A stretch of 11,143 nt of DNA, taken from positions 1-11,143 of the forward strand of contig NW_021827038.1 of assembly GCF_006345805.1 (NCBI RefSeq). Reading direction: 5' to 3'. The notes beneath the pieces are model-generated. The model saw nothing but the letters and a program-made list of their open reading frames with translations. It did no database searches and was not told the DNA's origin. Positions within the stretch are counted from its first letter, which is position 1. The number at the start of each line of letters is the position of its first letter. A program made the translations under genes and the position numbers. The DNA is from Octopus sinensis (Eukaryota). Shown piece by piece: positions 9,104 to 11,143 of the stretch.

Positions 9104-9335
9104 CCACTACGGACGTGCTGTCACTTCGACTCCGAAGGTATTCGTTTAATTTGACTATTTATAGCCCATATTGTGTACATTTTGTAAATAAGATGTGTAT
9201 GGCACCCAACTTTCGTTGAGTGCTTTTCCAAGGGAGGAATTCGCCCCTAGGGGCAGTTTCAACCCTATTTAATTTGTGTAATTTTCTTCTCGACATTAAA
9301 AAATGTCGAGAAAATGTTATTGTAGACGCTGGTCG
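9104..9335 (+). mobile_element. E3: 5' UTR and first codons of an E1-like Tx1 element, 3' part lost
   Basis: Collinear with the reverse complement of 2531-2765 (CTACGGACGTGCT...CTCGACATTAAAAAATGTCGAGAA...ACGCTGGTCG), about 90% identical by manual count. Confidence 0.92.
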
Positions 9336-9490
9336 ATTACAGCAACCGCAGTGCACAAACTAGTGGTCATCTGCTCGATCTCAGCTTGATGTAAGGCAAA
9401 GTGAATCTCACTGGCATTCGAACAAGGAATGTAAAGATGCATGAACGGTCTGTAAGCATTTGTTCGCCGAAAAAACAAGTCTGCCATTTG
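9336..9490 (-). mobile_element. Old degenerate tRNA-derived SINE of a second family (partial)
   Basis: The minus strand shows an A-box-like TGGCAGA (9486-9480) and a B-box-like GTTCGAATGCC (9423-9413), followed by ACTTTGCCTTACATC...GCACTGCGGTTGCTGTAATCGAC. From memory this resembles an abundant octopus SINE core; not verified by search. Confidence 0.5.
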
Positions 9491-9502
9491 AATTTCATAT
9501 AT

Positions 9503-9744
9503 TACTCTTTCACACTTTTACTTGTTTCAGTCATTTGACTGCGGCCATGCTGCGGCACCGCCTTTAGTCGAGCAACTCGACCCCGGGACTAATTCTCTTT
9601 TGTAAGCCCAGTAATTATTTACCGGTCTCTTTTGCCGAGCCGCTAAGTGACGGGGACATAAACAACAGCATCGGTTGTCAAGCATGCTAGGGGGACAAAC
9701 ACAGACACGCAAACATACACGAACACACACACAACACACACCCA

Positions 9745-9779
<35 letters not shown>

Positions 9780-9947
9780 CGACGGGCTTCTTTCAGTTCC
9801 GCTACACCAAATCCACTCACTCACAAGGCTTTGGTCGGCCCGAGGTCCATAGTAGAAAACACTTGCCCAAGGTGCCACGCAGTGGGACTGAACCCGGGAC
9901 CATGTGGTTGGTAAGCTAGCTACTTACCACACAGCCACTCCTGCGCC
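9503..9947 (-). mobile_element. Near full-length tRNA-derived SINE (octopus-type) with an internal (TA)n(TG)n tract
   Basis: The minus-strand head GGCGCAGGAGTGGCTGTGTGGTAAG...CCCGGGTTCAGTCCCAC has Pol III A and B boxes. The body matches the copies at 3317 and 10427. The tail is GACTGAAACAAGTAAAAGTGTGAAAGAGT. Confidence 0.9.
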
Positions 9948-10017
<70 letters not shown>

Positions 10018-10056
10018 CACACACACACCACACACATATATATATATATATATATA
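9948..10056 (+). repeat. (TA)n/(CA)n compound microsatellite
   Basis: Direct reading. Confidence 0.97.
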
Positions 10057-10356
10057 GTACAAAGGAAGATAGGTGTTAGGGGTGTAACCCACTATGGGAT
10101 AGCATTTATCTAATATACTGTTGGTAAAGTACCCATAGGCTGAAACAGCCGTAAGAAGTGATTTTAATGATTTCAATAATATATATTATGACTTGTATAA
10201 TTTGTATTCTTATCTTATATATTATATGTATTGAATTATAAGATATATATGTATGCTATTGAGGTTCTCATTTTGTTAATGAATAAATAATCCAACATTA
10301 TAATATCCGAAAGGGATGAACAAACTAAATTTGTTTCTCAATTTTATTATTTGAAG

Positions 10357-10357
<1 letters not shown>

Positions 10358-10417
<60 letters not shown>
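10358..10417 (+). repeat. Pure (TA)n microsatellite
   Basis: Direct reading. Confidence 0.98.
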
Positions 10418-10420
<3 letters not shown>

Positions 10421-10426
10421 AATATA

Positions 10427-10693
10427 GGCGCAGGAGTGGAGTGGCGGTGTGTGGTAAGTAGCTTGTTTACCAACCACATGGTTCCGGGTTCAGTCCATTG
10501 CGTGGCACCTTGGGCAAGTGTCTTCTACTATAGCCTCGGGCCGACCAAAGCCTTGTGAGTGGATTTGGTAGACGGAAAACTGAAAGAAGCCTGTCGTATA
10601 TATGTATATATCGCGATGTGTGTGTTTGTGTGTCTGTATTTGTGCCACTAGCATGCTTGACAACCGATGCTGGTGCGGTTTATGTCCCCATCA
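10427..10693 (+). mobile_element. tRNA-derived SINE, 3' part missing
   Basis: High identity to the reverse complement of the first part of the 9503-9947 copy. It has an A box, the B box GGTTCAGTCC and GGATTTGGTAGACGGAAAACTGAAAGAAGCC. The match stops after TTATGTCCCC. Confidence 0.9.
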
Positions 10694-10761
10694 GTGATGG
10701 CTACATGGTCTACTTTGCCAATTTATTTTGAAATGAAACTATAGGATTTTCAATGATATTG

Positions 10762-11143
10762 ATATATATATACATATACATATATATATGCATATACATA
10801 TACAAATGCATACATATGTGCATTCATACATACTTGCATTCATAAATACATACATTCAAGCATGCATACGTACATACATACATACATACAAACATACATA
10901 CATGCGTGCGTGTGTGCATACATACATACATATATACATACATACATACATACATACACACACACACATACATACATAAATACATACACACATACATACA
11001 TACATAGATACATACATACATACATACATACATACATACATGCGTGCGTGTGTGCATACATACCTACATATATACATACATACATACATACATACATACA
11101 TACACACACACACATACATACATACATACATAAATACATACAC
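10762..11143 (+). repeat. (CATA)n-dominated compound microsatellite with (CA)n/(TA)n blocks
   Basis: Direct reading. The marker CATGCGTGCGTGTGTGCATACATAC occurs at 10901 and 11039. Confidence 0.97.

Noticed and set aside
1-9335. LTR element, DIRS element or TIR DNA transposon suggested by the repeated and inverted segments
   Set aside because: There is no integrase, RNase H, tyrosine recombinase or transposase. The repeated segments are separate copies of a LINE 5' UTR and EN region.
10788-11143. MYVC/HTYI repeat ORFs
   Set aside because: Translation of the (CATA)n microsatellite.

Overview
Repeat-rich eukaryotic DNA with no host gene. The host is probably an octopus or other cephalopod; this rests on my recollection of the SINE families, not on a database search. 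The window holds three copies of an L1/Tx1-type non-LTR retrotransposon. E1 (minus strand, 2765 to beyond 1) has its 5' end, ORF1 and the APE endonuclease part of ORF2. E2 (plus strand, 3953-9001) is 5'-truncated inside ORF1 but has a full-span EN-RT-zinc-finger ORF2 and a 3' UTR. E3 (plus strand, 9104-9335) is a 5'-end fragment. There are also four tRNA-derived SINE copies and many microsatellites. The main signal is that all four original retrotransposon junctions visible here sit in (TATC)n/(GATA)n tracts, always with TATC on the element's sense strand and in a register compatible with ...TATC^TATC.... This points to a GATA-microsatellite-specific Tx1 lineage that builds element-repeat-element arrays. 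Many frameshifts are 1-nt indels in homopolymer runs, so E2 ORF2 may be intact in the real genome.
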